Translations under genes and position numbers: made by a program | Assembly: GCA_966128725.1 (NCBI GenBank) | Contig: CBHYLN010000003.1 | Coordinates: forward strand, 17,177-81,176 | Source of the DNA: an uncultured bacterium | GTDB taxonomy: Bacteria > Bacteroidota > Ignavibacteria > OLB7 | Direction: 5' to 3' | DNA length: 64,000 nt | Shown here: piece after piece, positions 35,568-45,300 of the stretch | How the letters are laid out: every line of letters starts with the position of its first letter | Position numbering within the stretch: the stretch's first letter is position 1 | The notes under the pieces: generated by a model | The model's input: the letters and a program-made list of their open reading frames with translations, nothing else | Databases searched by the model: none | What the model was told of the DNA's origin: nothing

Positions 35568-36941
35568 TCAGATGATCGCGTTCATCGCCTCGGTCAGCGA
35601 GGCCACGGGGGTAAGCTCGATCGGACGGCCGCCAGTGAACGATTTCATGTTCGAGGCCGGCAACACAATTGCTCGAAATCCGAGCTTCGATGCCTCGGCA
35701 ACACGCTGTTCCGCCTGCACCACCGTACGAATCTCACCGCCCAGACCAACTTCGCCCACCACCACCGTGCCGGAATCGGCCGGGATATCGCGGAAGCTGG
35801 ACACGATCGCCCCGGCGACGGCCAGGTCGAGCGCGGGATCGTCCACACGCACGCCGCCGGCGATATTAACAAAGACATCGTACTGCCCAAGCCCAAGCCC
35901 GGTCCGTTTTTCGAGCACCGCAAGCAGCATCTGCAGGCGTTTGTAGTCGAACCCGGTGGCTGTGCGTTGCGGCACGCCGTAGCTGGTTGGTGTCACCAGC
36001 GCCTGCGCCTCCACCAGAATTGGACGCGAGCCCTCCAGTGTGGCGGTCACCACCGATCCGCTGGCCCCGTACGCACGCTCCGACAGGAAAACCGAACTGG
36101 GATTGGCCACCTCGATCAGCCCCTGCTCGCCCATCTCGAACACACCGATCTCGTTTGTTGAACCATACCGGTTCTTCGTGGTGCGAAGTATCCGATACAG
36201 ATGCGTGCGTTCGCCCTCGAACTGCAGCACGGTATCCACCATGTGCTCCAGCACCTTCGGGCCGGCAATCATCCCTTCCTTGGTAACGTGCCCAACAACA
36301 AACACAGGTATGCCGGAGCTTTTGGCCAGTTGCATCAGCAGGGCGGTGCATTCACGGACCTGCGTGACCGAGCCCGGCGCTGATTCGATATCCGGCCGGT
36401 AGGTAGTCTGGATGGAATCCAGAATCGCGAACGTTGGCCTGTGCGCGGCGATGGCGGCGGTGATCAGCTCCAGATTGGTTTCGGCCATCAGCATGACGCC
36501 GCTGCCGGCCACGCCAAGGCGGTCGGCACGGACCTTGATCTGTCGCAACGACTCCTCGCCGGTAACATACAATACGCTGCCACCACCGGACTCGCCGGTT
36601 ACCGCCCCGCACATCTGCGCCATCAGCGTTGACTTCCCAACGCCCGGATCGCCGGCAACCAGCACGATGGAACCATGCATGATGCCGCCGCCCAGCACAC
36701 GATCCAGCTCCGAGATGCCCGTGTGTATGCGGTGTTCGGCATCGACCGTTACGTCGGACAATCGAACAACATCACCGGCTACGGCCGACGACCTGGCCCC
36801 GCGCCCGGTGGTTGCCGGCGCCACGTGTTCCACCTCCTCCACGTAGCTTTCCCACGCGCCACACGACGGGCACTTGCCGATAAAGCGCGGCGAGGCGGCA
36901 CCACATGTCTGGCATACGTATCGAACGCGTTGTTTGGCCAT
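35568..36941 (-). CDS. radA: DNA repair protein RadA (Sms).
   Basis: N-terminal C4 zinc finger (CQTCGAASPRFIGKCPSCGAW), RecA-like Walker A (GDPGVGKSTL) and a C-terminal Lon-like domain. 457 aa. Confidence 0.95.
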   Translation of the reverse strand: MAKQRVRYVCQTCGAASPRFIGKCPSCGAWESYVEEVEHVAPATTGRGARSSAVAGDVVRLSDVTVDAEHRIHTGISELDRVLGGGIMHGSIVLVAGDPGVGKSTLMAQMCGAVTGESGGGSVLYVTGEESLRQIKVRADRLGVAGSGVMLMAETNLELITAAIAAHRPTFAILDSIQTTYRPDIESAPGSVTQVRECTALLMQLAKSSGIPVFVVGHVTKEGMIAGPKVLEHMVDTVLQFEGERTHLYRILRTTKNRYGSTNEIGVFEMGEQGLIEVANPSSVFLSERAYGASGSVVTATLEGSRPILVEAQALVTPTSYGVPQRTATGFDYKRLQMLLAVLEKRTGLGLGQYDVFVNIAGGVRVDDPALDLAVAGAIVSSFRDIPADSGTVVVGEVGLGGEIRTVVQAEQRVAEASKLGFRAIVLPASNMKSFTGGRPIELTPVASLTEAMNAII

Positions 36942-37155
36942 CGTCTGTTGGAGGATTTGGATGTGTCGGCGGCGCGCTGTTCATGAATCGTACGTGTCGC
37001 CGCTGGATCGCCACAAGATAGAGAGCGTTGTGTAACGAAACGCCGTCACGTTGGGCACTTTTAACAGCCGTACCGTGTTAGGATAACCAGCCTTCGCCAG
37101 TACATTGATCTGGCGACGCTCGGTCTGGAATCGCGGGCTTCACATCCGCACTTTC

Positions 37156-38052
37156 ATGCTCATGCTTGCTGCGATGAACGACGAGACTATCCAACACGCA
37201 TACACACACTGCCGAAGGGTAACGCTGAAACATGCAAAAACCTTCTACTTCGCATCGCTCTTTCTGCCGATCGCAAAACGCAACGCGTGTTATGCCGTGT
37301 ACGCCTTCTGCCGCTACGTGGATGACCTTATCGACAACAGCGTGACACAAACAGGCACCGAGGACAGGACCGCCCTGGCCTGCGTCATCGAGCAATGGCA
37401 ATCGCAGTTGGACATGGTGTACGCCGGGGCGACCGTCACAACGCCGGTGATGACGGCCTGGGCCGACACATTGCGCCGATTCTCGATCGAACGCACGCTG
37501 CCCGACGAGCTGATCGCGGGGGTGATGACGGATCTGCGCGACTCGGTACGTTTCGACACTTTCGATCAGCTCTACGACTACTGCTACAAGGTTGCCGCTG
37601 TGGTTGGTTTGATGACAAGCGCCATCTTCGGCCTTCGGGATCAATCGGCACGGGCCCACGCTGTTGATCTGGGGATCGCGATGCAGCTTACCAACATCCT
37701 GCGCGATATCAACGAGGACTTCCGCAACAACAGGATCTACATTCCCCGGGAGGACCTCGATCGATTCGGTGTGGATGAGCGCTGCATCGGCTCACGAACG
37801 GTAAATCCGGCATTCCGCAGGATGATGCAGTTCCAGATAGCGCGGGCGCACGAGTACTACAACAGCGCCGATGTCGGCATCGGAATGCTGGAGCCCGACA
37901 GCCGCCTGACCGTGAAATTGATGAGCCACAACTATCGCCGCATTCTGAACGTGATCGAGCGCAACGGCTACGATGTGTTCTCACAACGGGCGTCGGTGCC
38001 GCTGCACCGAAAACTCCTCACCGTTCCCACGCTCTGGTACGCAACACGCTGA
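37156..38052 (+). CDS. crtB: Phytoene synthase (15-cis-phytoene synthase).
   Basis: …AYTHCRRVTLKHAKTFYFASLFLP…RNACYAVYAFCRYVDDLID… (first Asp-rich motif) and a second DxxxD region (LTNILRDINED). Start at ATG 37156 or 37174. Confidence 0.8.
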   Translation: MLMLAAMNDETIQHAYTHCRRVTLKHAKTFYFASLFLPIAKRNACYAVYAFCRYVDDLIDNSVTQTGTEDRTALACVIEQWQSQLDMVYAGATVTTPVMTAWADTLRRFSIERTLPDELIAGVMTDLRDSVRFDTFDQLYDYCYKVAAVVGLMTSAIFGLRDQSARAHAVDLGIAMQLTNILRDINEDFRNNRIYIPREDLDRFGVDERCIGSRTVNPAFRRMMQFQIARAHEYYNSADVGIGMLEPDSRLTVKLMSHNYRRILNVIERNGYDVFSQRASVPLHRKLLTVPTLWYATR

Positions 38053-38169
38053 ACCGCGGGCCTCTATCAGCCTGTTGAAATACCTACAGGCCCTCAGGCT
38101 GTTCAACAACAGTGGTCTGCAAGGCGGCCGGGCAGGCCAACGCCGCGGATGGCGTTGGTCAACAGCCTG

Positions 38170-39321
38170 CTAGTGCTGAGGTGGTTGCGCCGTACGGATC
38201 TCCGTTGGTGTCAGCAACCGAATGGTCGACTGGCGCGCCGGACGCCTGGGTTTGCGCGTGGTCTGCGACGGCTTCGCCGGCGTTGTGCTGGTACGCGTGG
38301 TAGTTGTTGTTGCCGCCGGGCGCGTGGTTGTTGCGGGCTTCGGGGCTGTTGCAGGTCGCACCGCGGGCTTTGCCGCTGGGCGCGTTGCCGGAGCCTGCTG
38401 TACCGGCGCTGCCGGCGGCGGCGCTGCCGGTGCGGCCGTTGCTGGCTTCCGGCCCGGGGTTGCCCTGCGTACGCCGTTTGCGTCGATGGTCTGATTACGA
38501 ATGCTGGTGCGCAATGGGCCAAGCGCCCCAAGCTTCCGTTCGTTCAACGAAAGCTGAAGACCGCCGGCATTGCCAAGCGAAAGCTTGAATGTTTCGGCGG
38601 CACGCCACGTGCGCACCGAACCACTGTCCATCGTGCCGGTTTCGCTCCGCTTCCCGTCCATCACGATCGCGAACCAGATTTTCGCCGTGGCGCGCCCTTC
38701 AAGCGTCAGGCTGTCATCGGCGGCACCCGGCGTGCCGGCATCGGCTGCCACGGAATCACCCTCGCCTTCACCATCGCCGCGCGAAAGGATGCGCGTTGAG
38801 GTACCCGCACTGTCGGCGGAACCGGCGCCCTGCGAATGGCCGCCCTTGTTGTTGAAGAAGATGTAGTACGCACCAACCAGCAACAACAGGCCAACAGCGG
38901 AACCGATCAACCACGTTGTCAGCCTGGTACCACCAAGCTTTATCCCCCCACCCTGCGACAAGCGGTTCAGAAAATCGCTATAGGTTTTCCTGTCGCCGTC
39001 GGACAGGTTGGAGGCCGGTGGCGCGTGAGTTGAGCGCTGCCACAACGGCCGGCGCGCCTCGGCATCAACCGGCTCCGGCTGTGCGGGCGGCGGTGGAGGC
39101 GAGTACTCAGGCAATTGCTGCAAGAGCTCGTCGGCCGCGACGCCCACACATTTCGCGAATTCCCGAACAAACAGACGACGGTGCGACTCCGGTACAATCG
39201 TCAGGTCATCCTGCTCGATCGCCTGGATAAATTTTGGTTGGATGTACGTCCGCCGTGCGACGTCACCGATCGACATCCCGTTCGCTTCGCGCGCGTTGTG
39301 CAATCGCTGGCCAAGGGTCAT
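38170..39321 (-). CDS. RodZ-like HTH-domain cytoskeletal protein.
   Basis: N-terminal XRE-type HTH (LGQRLHNAREANGMSIGDVARRTYIQPKFIQAIE), a single TM segment, a Pro/Ala/Thr-rich linker and a C-terminal DUF4115-like domain. Confidence 0.7.
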   Translation of the reverse strand: MTLGQRLHNAREANGMSIGDVARRTYIQPKFIQAIEQDDLTIVPESHRRLFVREFAKCVGVAADELLQQLPEYSPPPPPAQPEPVDAEARRPLWQRSTHAPPASNLSDGDRKTYSDFLNRLSQGGGIKLGGTRLTTWLIGSAVGLLLLVGAYYIFFNNKGGHSQGAGSADSAGTSTRILSRGDGEGEGDSVAADAGTPGAADDSLTLEGRATAKIWFAIVMDGKRSETGTMDSGSVRTWRAAETFKLSLGNAGGLQLSLNERKLGALGPLRTSIRNQTIDANGVRRATPGRKPATAAPAAPPPAAPVQQAPATRPAAKPAVRPATAPKPATTTRPAATTTTTRTSTTPAKPSQTTRKPRRPARQSTIRLLTPTEIRTAQPPQH

Positions 39322-39492
39322 GAAGGGAAACCATCGAAGTGAAGAGTTGCTGCCTGAGGATAGGCTGAGAAGCTACTACCGAGTGGGAATCAAATTCAAG
39401 ACAACGGGCACTATTCTCAAAATAATAGTCGCGGGATCGGCGTGATGTGCCGCATTGGATCACCGGAAGGCGATCGGCGCGGCCCTGCTGGG

Positions 39493-41235
39493 TCAGGCGC
39501 CCTCGGCCGGGCAGCGGCGCAGCGCAACAATCGTGATATCGTCGGACTGGGGTGCTTCGCCCACAAAGACGCACAGGTCGTCGCGCAAACGTTGCAGTGC
39601 CTCGGACGCCGAACCCACGGCGCGCTGCTCGAACAACGCCCGAAGCCGGGCCTCGCCGTATTCATCCAACCTGGCGTTAAACGCCTCGCTTACGCCGTCG
39701 GTGTACATCACCAGCAGATCGCCCGGCGCAAAGCGGACAACGCCGACATCGTACGGTATCAACGAGGGCATGATCCCGAGGATCACCCCTCCCTGATCCA
39801 GACTCACCACGCCGTCGCTCTTGAACAGCAACGGCGGGTTATGGCCGGCGTTCACGTATGCAAGCACGTTCGAGGCTGGATCGAGCAGACAGAAGAAGGC
39901 CGTGATGAACTTGTCGGGGGCCGTATTCTGATAGATCACATCGTTGATGCGGCTCACCAGTTCGTCCAACGGCAGGCTCAGTTGCGACAGGGCTCGCACC
40001 GCGGCCTGCACGCTGGCCATCAGCAACGAGGCCGGCGTGCCCTTGCCGCTGACATCGGCGATTGTCAGCAGCACCCGGCCGTCGGCCAGTTCAATCGTAT
40101 CGTAGCAATCACCGCCAACCTGCTGTGTCGGGATGGTTTGCCCGGCAATCTCGAACCCGTCGATTGCCGGAAGCGTCCGTGGCAGCAACGCCTGCTGGAT
40201 TTCGGCGGCGATACGGAGATCTTCCTCCAAGCGCTCCTTGACGATCATCTCGTCCAGCATGCGCGCGCTTTCCAGGGCACCAATTGCCAGATTGGCCAAC
40301 GACGAAAGGTACTCCAGATCCTCGTCATCGATATCGTATCGCAACCTGGCGCCCACCAGCAGCAGGCCTCGCAGGGCACCCTGTGTCTCCATCGGAATGG
40401 TTGCCCGCACGCCCATATCGTACAGGGTTGCCTCCCGTTCGTTGAGCCCTTCACGCTGATTGAATACCCGCATCCCCCAGCCCGCAACAATGGTCAGCAC
40501 TTCCGTTGGGAAGGTCTGGGCGAAACGATGATTGACAACCATCGCGTAGCCGCTGCCTTCGTTCAGCGCAACGGCGAATCGCGAGATGGTCATCTCGCCC
40601 ATCAGCGTGTACCCCAGCAATCGGAGGATGGCTCCGCGATCAAGCAGGGCGTTGAACTCGCGCACTGCCTCGAACAGCGATCGCAGGCGATGCACGCGGC
40701 GCTCCAGCCGGCGATTTGTATCGTGGAGCACGCCGCGCGCGCGGCAGGCCACCAGCGCCATTGCCGTGATCGCGCACACCAGCAACGCGTAGCTGCGCGC
40801 CTCGGCGTCCGGTATGGTTCGCACCATCGGCGCGCCAAGCACAAGGATGGCCACAATACCATCCAACGATGCAATTGGCATCACGTGCTCAACCCGCGCA
40901 CGCGCGAAGGCTGCGGCATCCGCATCCGAAAGGCCCGCGCCCTCCAGCGTGTACAGGCCGTGGCGCCGATGATGGTCCCACGCAAAGGTCAGCCCCGCAA
41001 GATCGGCCCCGCTGCCCTTGACGATCGCCACGGCGAATGTGCCGTCATCGGCCGGCAACGCCACCGCCGCACGGCCCAGGCCCAGCTTCCCCATCAACGA
41101 CAGAAGCACGTTGTTGAAGATCACCGTGTCCGAATCGCATTCGATCAGGTGGCGACTGTAATCCAACAACGCGCGCAGATCGTATGCCGAGGCGGCTGTA
41201 AGCAGCGGTTGATCGGGTGTCATCATCAAGAACAA
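39493..41235 (-). CDS. GAF-domain PP2C-family protein-serine/threonine phosphatase (RsbU/SpoIIE-like).
   Basis: C-terminal PPM/SpoIIE domain (…GDCYDTIELADGRVLLTIADVSGKG…, …LLMYTDGVSEA…). The N-terminal region is GAF-like. Confidence 0.8.
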   Translation of the reverse strand: MFLMMTPDQPLLTAASAYDLRALLDYSRHLIECDSDTVIFNNVLLSLMGKLGLGRAAVALPADDGTFAVAIVKGSGADLAGLTFAWDHHRRHGLYTLEGAGLSDADAAAFARARVEHVMPIASLDGIVAILVLGAPMVRTIPDAEARSYALLVCAITAMALVACRARGVLHDTNRRLERRVHRLRSLFEAVREFNALLDRGAILRLLGYTLMGEMTISRFAVALNEGSGYAMVVNHRFAQTFPTEVLTIVAGWGMRVFNQREGLNEREATLYDMGVRATIPMETQGALRGLLLVGARLRYDIDDEDLEYLSSLANLAIGALESARMLDEMIVKERLEEDLRIAAEIQQALLPRTLPAIDGFEIAGQTIPTQQVGGDCYDTIELADGRVLLTIADVSGKGTPASLLMASVQAAVRALSQLSLPLDELVSRINDVIYQNTAPDKFITAFFCLLDPASNVLAYVNAGHNPPLLFKSDGVVSLDQGGVILGIMPSLIPYDVGVVRFAPGDLLVMYTDGVSEAFNARLDEYGEARLRALFEQRAVGSASEALQRLRDDLCVFVGEAPQSDDITIVALRRCPAEGA

Positions 41236-41295
41236 CGGGTACTAATGGGAGCAGGTATGCACATTCGTGCCAACGATCGCATCGTCATCGCGATG

Positions 41296-41988
41296 CTACA
41301 TCTGGCCAAACTCGTCCAGCACGGCAAAGCGTGCAAACAGATCCTCGCGATACCAGCGCTCATCGCGCGTTCGGCGCACCACATCACGATGTGGCGCATC
41401 GCCGTACGCAAACTCGCGTACGGCATCGGCGCTTTCCCACACCGACAAGGTGGCCTGCCGAACAAACGGCAGCTCGCCTATGCCAATCGAGCGTTGCAAT
41501 CCGCGAGCGCCCGCCAATGCGGCGCTCACCGCCGGCACACTCCGCCAGAACCTGCGAAGCCTGCTGGGACGTATCGTGGCTCGCGTGAGCACGGCTACCC
41601 GACCGCCCGTATCGCCCAACCGGGCCACAGCGGGCAGGAATGGATTGTGCCCATCCCACGCACCATGCGCGGCCGCCGTTTGCAGACACACGCTCCACTG
41701 GCTGATGGCACGACGCCCGTATCGCCGCATGAAACGCGAGTTGGCCAGGAACGAATGCGCATCATCACGGCTGTTCCACACGGCCAGCAGCGCATAACGA
41801 TCCCAATCGGGCGCAAGCGTAAATCCGATGCCCCGACCCGACCCCATCAGGCGACTGAAACGCAGGCCCTGTACATGCCGGAGCAATGGGCGCGCCAGGG
41901 CCATCTGCGCCAGCGCCCACGCCCGGGCACGCGGCGGGAATCGGAACACTGTAACGGTCGTAATCGGTGATTGTTTCTCTTCTGACAT
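41296..41988 (-). CDS. CrtA-like (spheroidene monooxygenase family) protein. Putative carotenoid oxygenase.
   Basis: The N-terminal pattern VFRFP…RAWALAQMALARPLL…GLRFSRLMGSGRGIGF…PDWDRYALLAVW resembles CrtA. Assignment is by recall only. Confidence 0.5.
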   Translation of the reverse strand: MSEEKQSPITTVTVFRFPPRARAWALAQMALARPLLRHVQGLRFSRLMGSGRGIGFTLAPDWDRYALLAVWNSRDDAHSFLANSRFMRRYGRRAISQWSVCLQTAAAHGAWDGHNPFLPAVARLGDTGGRVAVLTRATIRPSRLRRFWRSVPAVSAALAGARGLQRSIGIGELPFVRQATLSVWESADAVREFAYGDAPHRDVVRRTRDERWYREDLFARFAVLDEFGQM

Positions 41989-42040
41989 GTGAACATGGAA
42001 AACTCACCGGCCGATCAATCGGTTCCAGCGTCGCGCGCCA

Positions 42041-43273
42041 CTACCGTGCCAACGCCACATGCCGCGAGGCCATCCCACGCACACGGCTGTATTCGCTTAT
42101 GAACGCACGCGCCACCGCCGCGTTCTTGATGATCAACAGATTCTCATCGTTGTCGCCGGCAGCCGAGGCCGTGAAGTTATAGCTTCCAAGAATTGTCCAC
42201 TGCCCATCCACGATGATCACCTTGTGGTGCAGCATTGCGTTGTTGCCGTCGGGCAGCACGGTGATACCCGCACGTGCAAGGCGCGCGGATTGCGACCCAC
42301 GCCCATCGGCGTTGCGCGCCTCGACAACGCCTTCAACAGCAACACCGCGAACATGCGCGGCAATCATCGCGCCGCCGATCGCGGTATCGGTAAAGCTGAA
42401 GGCCATGAACCGAATCTCGCGACGCGCTGAACGAAGTATGCGCACAACCTTTGGCGCAACATCGTCCTCCGGAGCAAAGTAGTTGTAGATATCGATGTTG
42501 CCCAGGCGAACCTGCGTGTGCGGCGTGTTCGACGGGGAACGCGGACCAAACTTCCGGCCGACGAACATTTCACTGAACTCGCGTGCGTAGTTCTCGGCGA
42601 GCTCGGCCGATCGGATCACCACGGCATTGTTGTTGTTCCGGTAGGCACAGTTATCAGTGGTGTTGAAGGAGCCCGTCCATACGGCCGCGGAATCGGCAAC
42701 GAGGAACTTGTTGTGCATGAAGGCCGAGCGGCCGTCGAACACCACGGGGATCCCAGCGGCCATCACGCGCTGCATCTGCGGATTGTCGCGATAATCGGCG
42801 TCGGCCACCAGGCGCACAACAACACCGCGACGTTTGGCCGCGATCAGCGCATCGGCAATCCTGTCGGACTCCAGCTCGAACAGCGCGCAATCCAGGCGCC
42901 TGCGGGCAGCGCCGATGAAACGCACGGCATGGCGATCGATGTTACCGGTATCCTTGCGGCCAACGTCCGGATTGTTCCGGTAGGCGTTGCTGAAGTACAC
43001 ATCGATGCCGCCGCCGGCGACACCCTGTCCGGCGGGCCTGGCTGCGTTAAGCGGATGAACGGCGGGCGATGTGCTATCCGGCACCTCGGATGCTGTCTGG
43101 GGCTCCTCGGAGGAGTCGTACACGGCCTCGTCGTTGGCCAGCGTGGTATCGCCCAGCACGGTTCGGATTTCCTTGATCCTATCCTGTGCCCCCTCCCGAC
43201 AGCCCGGCAGCCCGCCCAGCGCCACGGCAAGCGCGACATACGCCAACAGTTGAACCCGCCAACAGCATCTCAT
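42041..43273 (-). CDS. Phospholipase D-family (HKD) lipoprotein.
   Basis: Lipoprotein signal (…ALGGLPGC). Two HKD motifs (HNKFLVADS…; HHKVIIVDG…). Confidence 0.8.
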   Translation of the reverse strand: MRCCWRVQLLAYVALAVALGGLPGCREGAQDRIKEIRTVLGDTTLANDEAVYDSSEEPQTASEVPDSTSPAVHPLNAARPAGQGVAGGGIDVYFSNAYRNNPDVGRKDTGNIDRHAVRFIGAARRRLDCALFELESDRIADALIAAKRRGVVVRLVADADYRDNPQMQRVMAAGIPVVFDGRSAFMHNKFLVADSAAVWTGSFNTTDNCAYRNNNNAVVIRSAELAENYAREFSEMFVGRKFGPRSPSNTPHTQVRLGNIDIYNYFAPEDDVAPKVVRILRSARREIRFMAFSFTDTAIGGAMIAAHVRGVAVEGVVEARNADGRGSQSARLARAGITVLPDGNNAMLHHKVIIVDGQWTILGSYNFTASAAGDNDENLLIIKNAAVARAFISEYSRVRGMASRHVALAR

Positions 43274-43608
43274 TCCATCTCCCCCGGGGAATTGTGGTCA
43301 TGGTACGGTTGTTCCATGCACAGCCGATCCATCATCGCAACGTCGCCGCTCCGGTTGATCGCGCGAGCCCGGGCGATCAAACCCCGCGCCTCGTTTTCGG
43401 TTCTACACTGGCGCAGACATTGCTCCAGACGTTGAAGCAAGGCCCGGGCGGCCCGATCGTCCAGATTATCAGTTAATGATTCATCCTGATACACGCGGTC
43501 GATCCAGACGGAATGATCCATGAGAATTGGCGATAACCGGGCTGATTCAAGAGTTTTCGGCCAAGATACGGCAACATGTTCCCGTAACCATTGGGCACGC
43601 CGGGCCAT
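43270..43608 (-). CDS. Hypothetical protein, translationally coupled to the PLD gene.
   Basis: Stop overlaps the PLD start by 4 nt. ATG at 43608 (MARRAQWLREH…). The longer ORF extends to 43728. No recognised domain. Confidence 0.4.
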   Translation of the reverse strand: MARRAQWLREHVAVSWPKTLESARLSPILMDHSVWIDRVYQDESLTDNLDDRAARALLQRLEQCLRQCRTENEARGLIARARAINRSGDVAMMDRLCMEQPYHDHNSPGEME

Positions 43609-43863
43609 GGCAGAATGTTGCGAATGAAGGCTCGTTGTAACCTTTCGGCGATGTAATTTGTATAGCTGTTGTCTGATTGGCGAAACCTGCCCCTGTTGGA
43701 ACGGCCACGCGATCAACCGGCATGACAATCAAGCGCGACACATAAACCCGTTGAATGTTGTCAGAACCAGTACCGAATGCATAACAACGTTTGGATGTGC
43801 CTGCACGCAATTGCAGTCACCTTCGAACCGACACGATCTCGACGAAGCAATCTCCTGAATCGA

Positions 43864-45027
43864 ATGACGAACCAGCTAGCACGATTGGCCGCAACCCTGT
43901 GCCTCGGCATCCTGAGTTATCAGGGTGTTGCTGCACAAACCACTGGCGAACGGCCACACCCCATCGAAGCGCCAACGCTGAGCGAGCAGACCGTGGCGAA
44001 GTTCACCGTGGCCACGCCAAGCTCCGGTGCCGCTAAGGCCGCCGTGGCGGCATACAGCCGTGTAAACGCCGCGCGTGCATTCACGACGATTATGTCGCAG
44101 GAACGCGCAACGGCCGCGCAGGTTACCGACGCTCATCTCGATCTCTATCCACAGACCGAATTTCTCCGCATTCTCGCAAGCTCGGGTCGCGCCTCGCTGG
44201 TAGCGGCGCCGTTCCATGCACATACCAGAGCGGAATCCGGATCGGGCTCGATGCCGGGTGTGCCGTTGGCAACACTCTCGCGCATCTATCGCACCGATTC
44301 GTCGGTTACGTCGTTGATCGGATGGTATCAGTCGGAATACGGTTTTGATTTCCGCACCCACCAGATGCCGCTTGGCAATGCCTCGCCGGACACATTGACG
44401 ATTGCTCGCGCGGTGAAGCGCATCGGCAATTCCGTGGTGACCGTGATGATCTGGAACCCAACGTCGACCTCGCGCGGTCGCAGCGCGCAAAGTGTGTCGC
44501 TGGCCAAGCGCACCAGCGTGGAGATACAGGAGCGCGCCTACAGGCCGCGCCAGGATCTGATTGTGGAAGGGCCGGACGCGGTTGTGGAGCTTACGTGGAA
44601 GGTGCCGTTCCGCGACATCATCCAGCGTATCAGCAGCAAGTATCAGATCGACCCGCATCTGGTTGCCGCATTGGTTCAGCAGGAATCCAACTTCAACCCG
44701 AACGCCATGTCCGTCGACAGCGCCATGGGGTTGACCCAGATGATTCCCGGCACCGCAGCGATGCTTGGGGTTTCCGATCCAACCAACCCACGCGAAGCGC
44801 TCGACGGCGGCGTACGGTACCTGAAGTCGTTGCTGCGAATGTTCAAGGGCAACGTGGAATACGCGCTTGCGGGATACAACGCCGGCCCCGGCAACGTGCG
44901 GAAGTACGGCGGTGTGCCGCCGTTCTCCGAAACCCGCGACTATGTGCGCCGCATCATGGCCCGATACAAGGAGAAGGCGGGCGGGCAACTTGCGCCGGCC
45001 GCCAAGGTTGTGCGCACAAAGATGTAG
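43864..45027 (+). CDS. Lytic transglycosylase (SLT domain) with signal peptide.
   Basis: Signal peptide (MTNQLARLAATLCLGILSYQGVAAQ). SLT motifs (ALVQQESNFNPNAMS…AMGLTQMIP…AGYNAGPGNV). ATG at 43864. Confidence 0.8.
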   Translation: MTNQLARLAATLCLGILSYQGVAAQTTGERPHPIEAPTLSEQTVAKFTVATPSSGAAKAAVAAYSRVNAARAFTTIMSQERATAAQVTDAHLDLYPQTEFLRILASSGRASLVAAPFHAHTRAESGSGSMPGVPLATLSRIYRTDSSVTSLIGWYQSEYGFDFRTHQMPLGNASPDTLTIARAVKRIGNSVVTVMIWNPTSTSRGRSAQSVSLAKRTSVEIQERAYRPRQDLIVEGPDAVVELTWKVPFRDIIQRISSKYQIDPHLVAALVQQESNFNPNAMSVDSAMGLTQMIPGTAAMLGVSDPTNPREALDGGVRYLKSLLRMFKGNVEYALAGYNAGPGNVRKYGGVPPFSETRDYVRRIMARYKEKAGGQLAPAAKVVRTKM

Positions 45028-45300
45028 GCGCGCCGCTTGCGCCACCGATATTCGGGTGGGTATCTGGCAGCGCGCCGGCCCACCCGATTGCCCGGCCGCC
45101 CGAACCAACCCCACTGCTCTTTCGCCTGGCACAGGCTTACCGCTGGCTCAGCAAAACGCGCCGCCCATCTCGGCCTTTCCCCCTTGGCCGAAAGGGGCTA
45201 TGTTGTTGGTCGTTCCCGAACGAGCCTTATCAGCTCATCCCAGTTCCGAATTTCGTGGCGTGGTGCTAACAACTGCCACGCCACTCGTGTTTGTGAGTCT

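Noticed and set aside
38131-38152. 8-bp hairpin CCAACGCC-GCGGAT-GGCGTTGG between crtB and the RodZ-like gene.
   Set aside because: Short stem with no U-run on either side. Insufficient to call a terminator.
39442-41970. 842-aa plus-strand ORF.
   Set aside because: Fully antisense to the GAF-PP2C phosphatase and CrtA-like genes. Arg/His/Gln-rich low-complexity translation.
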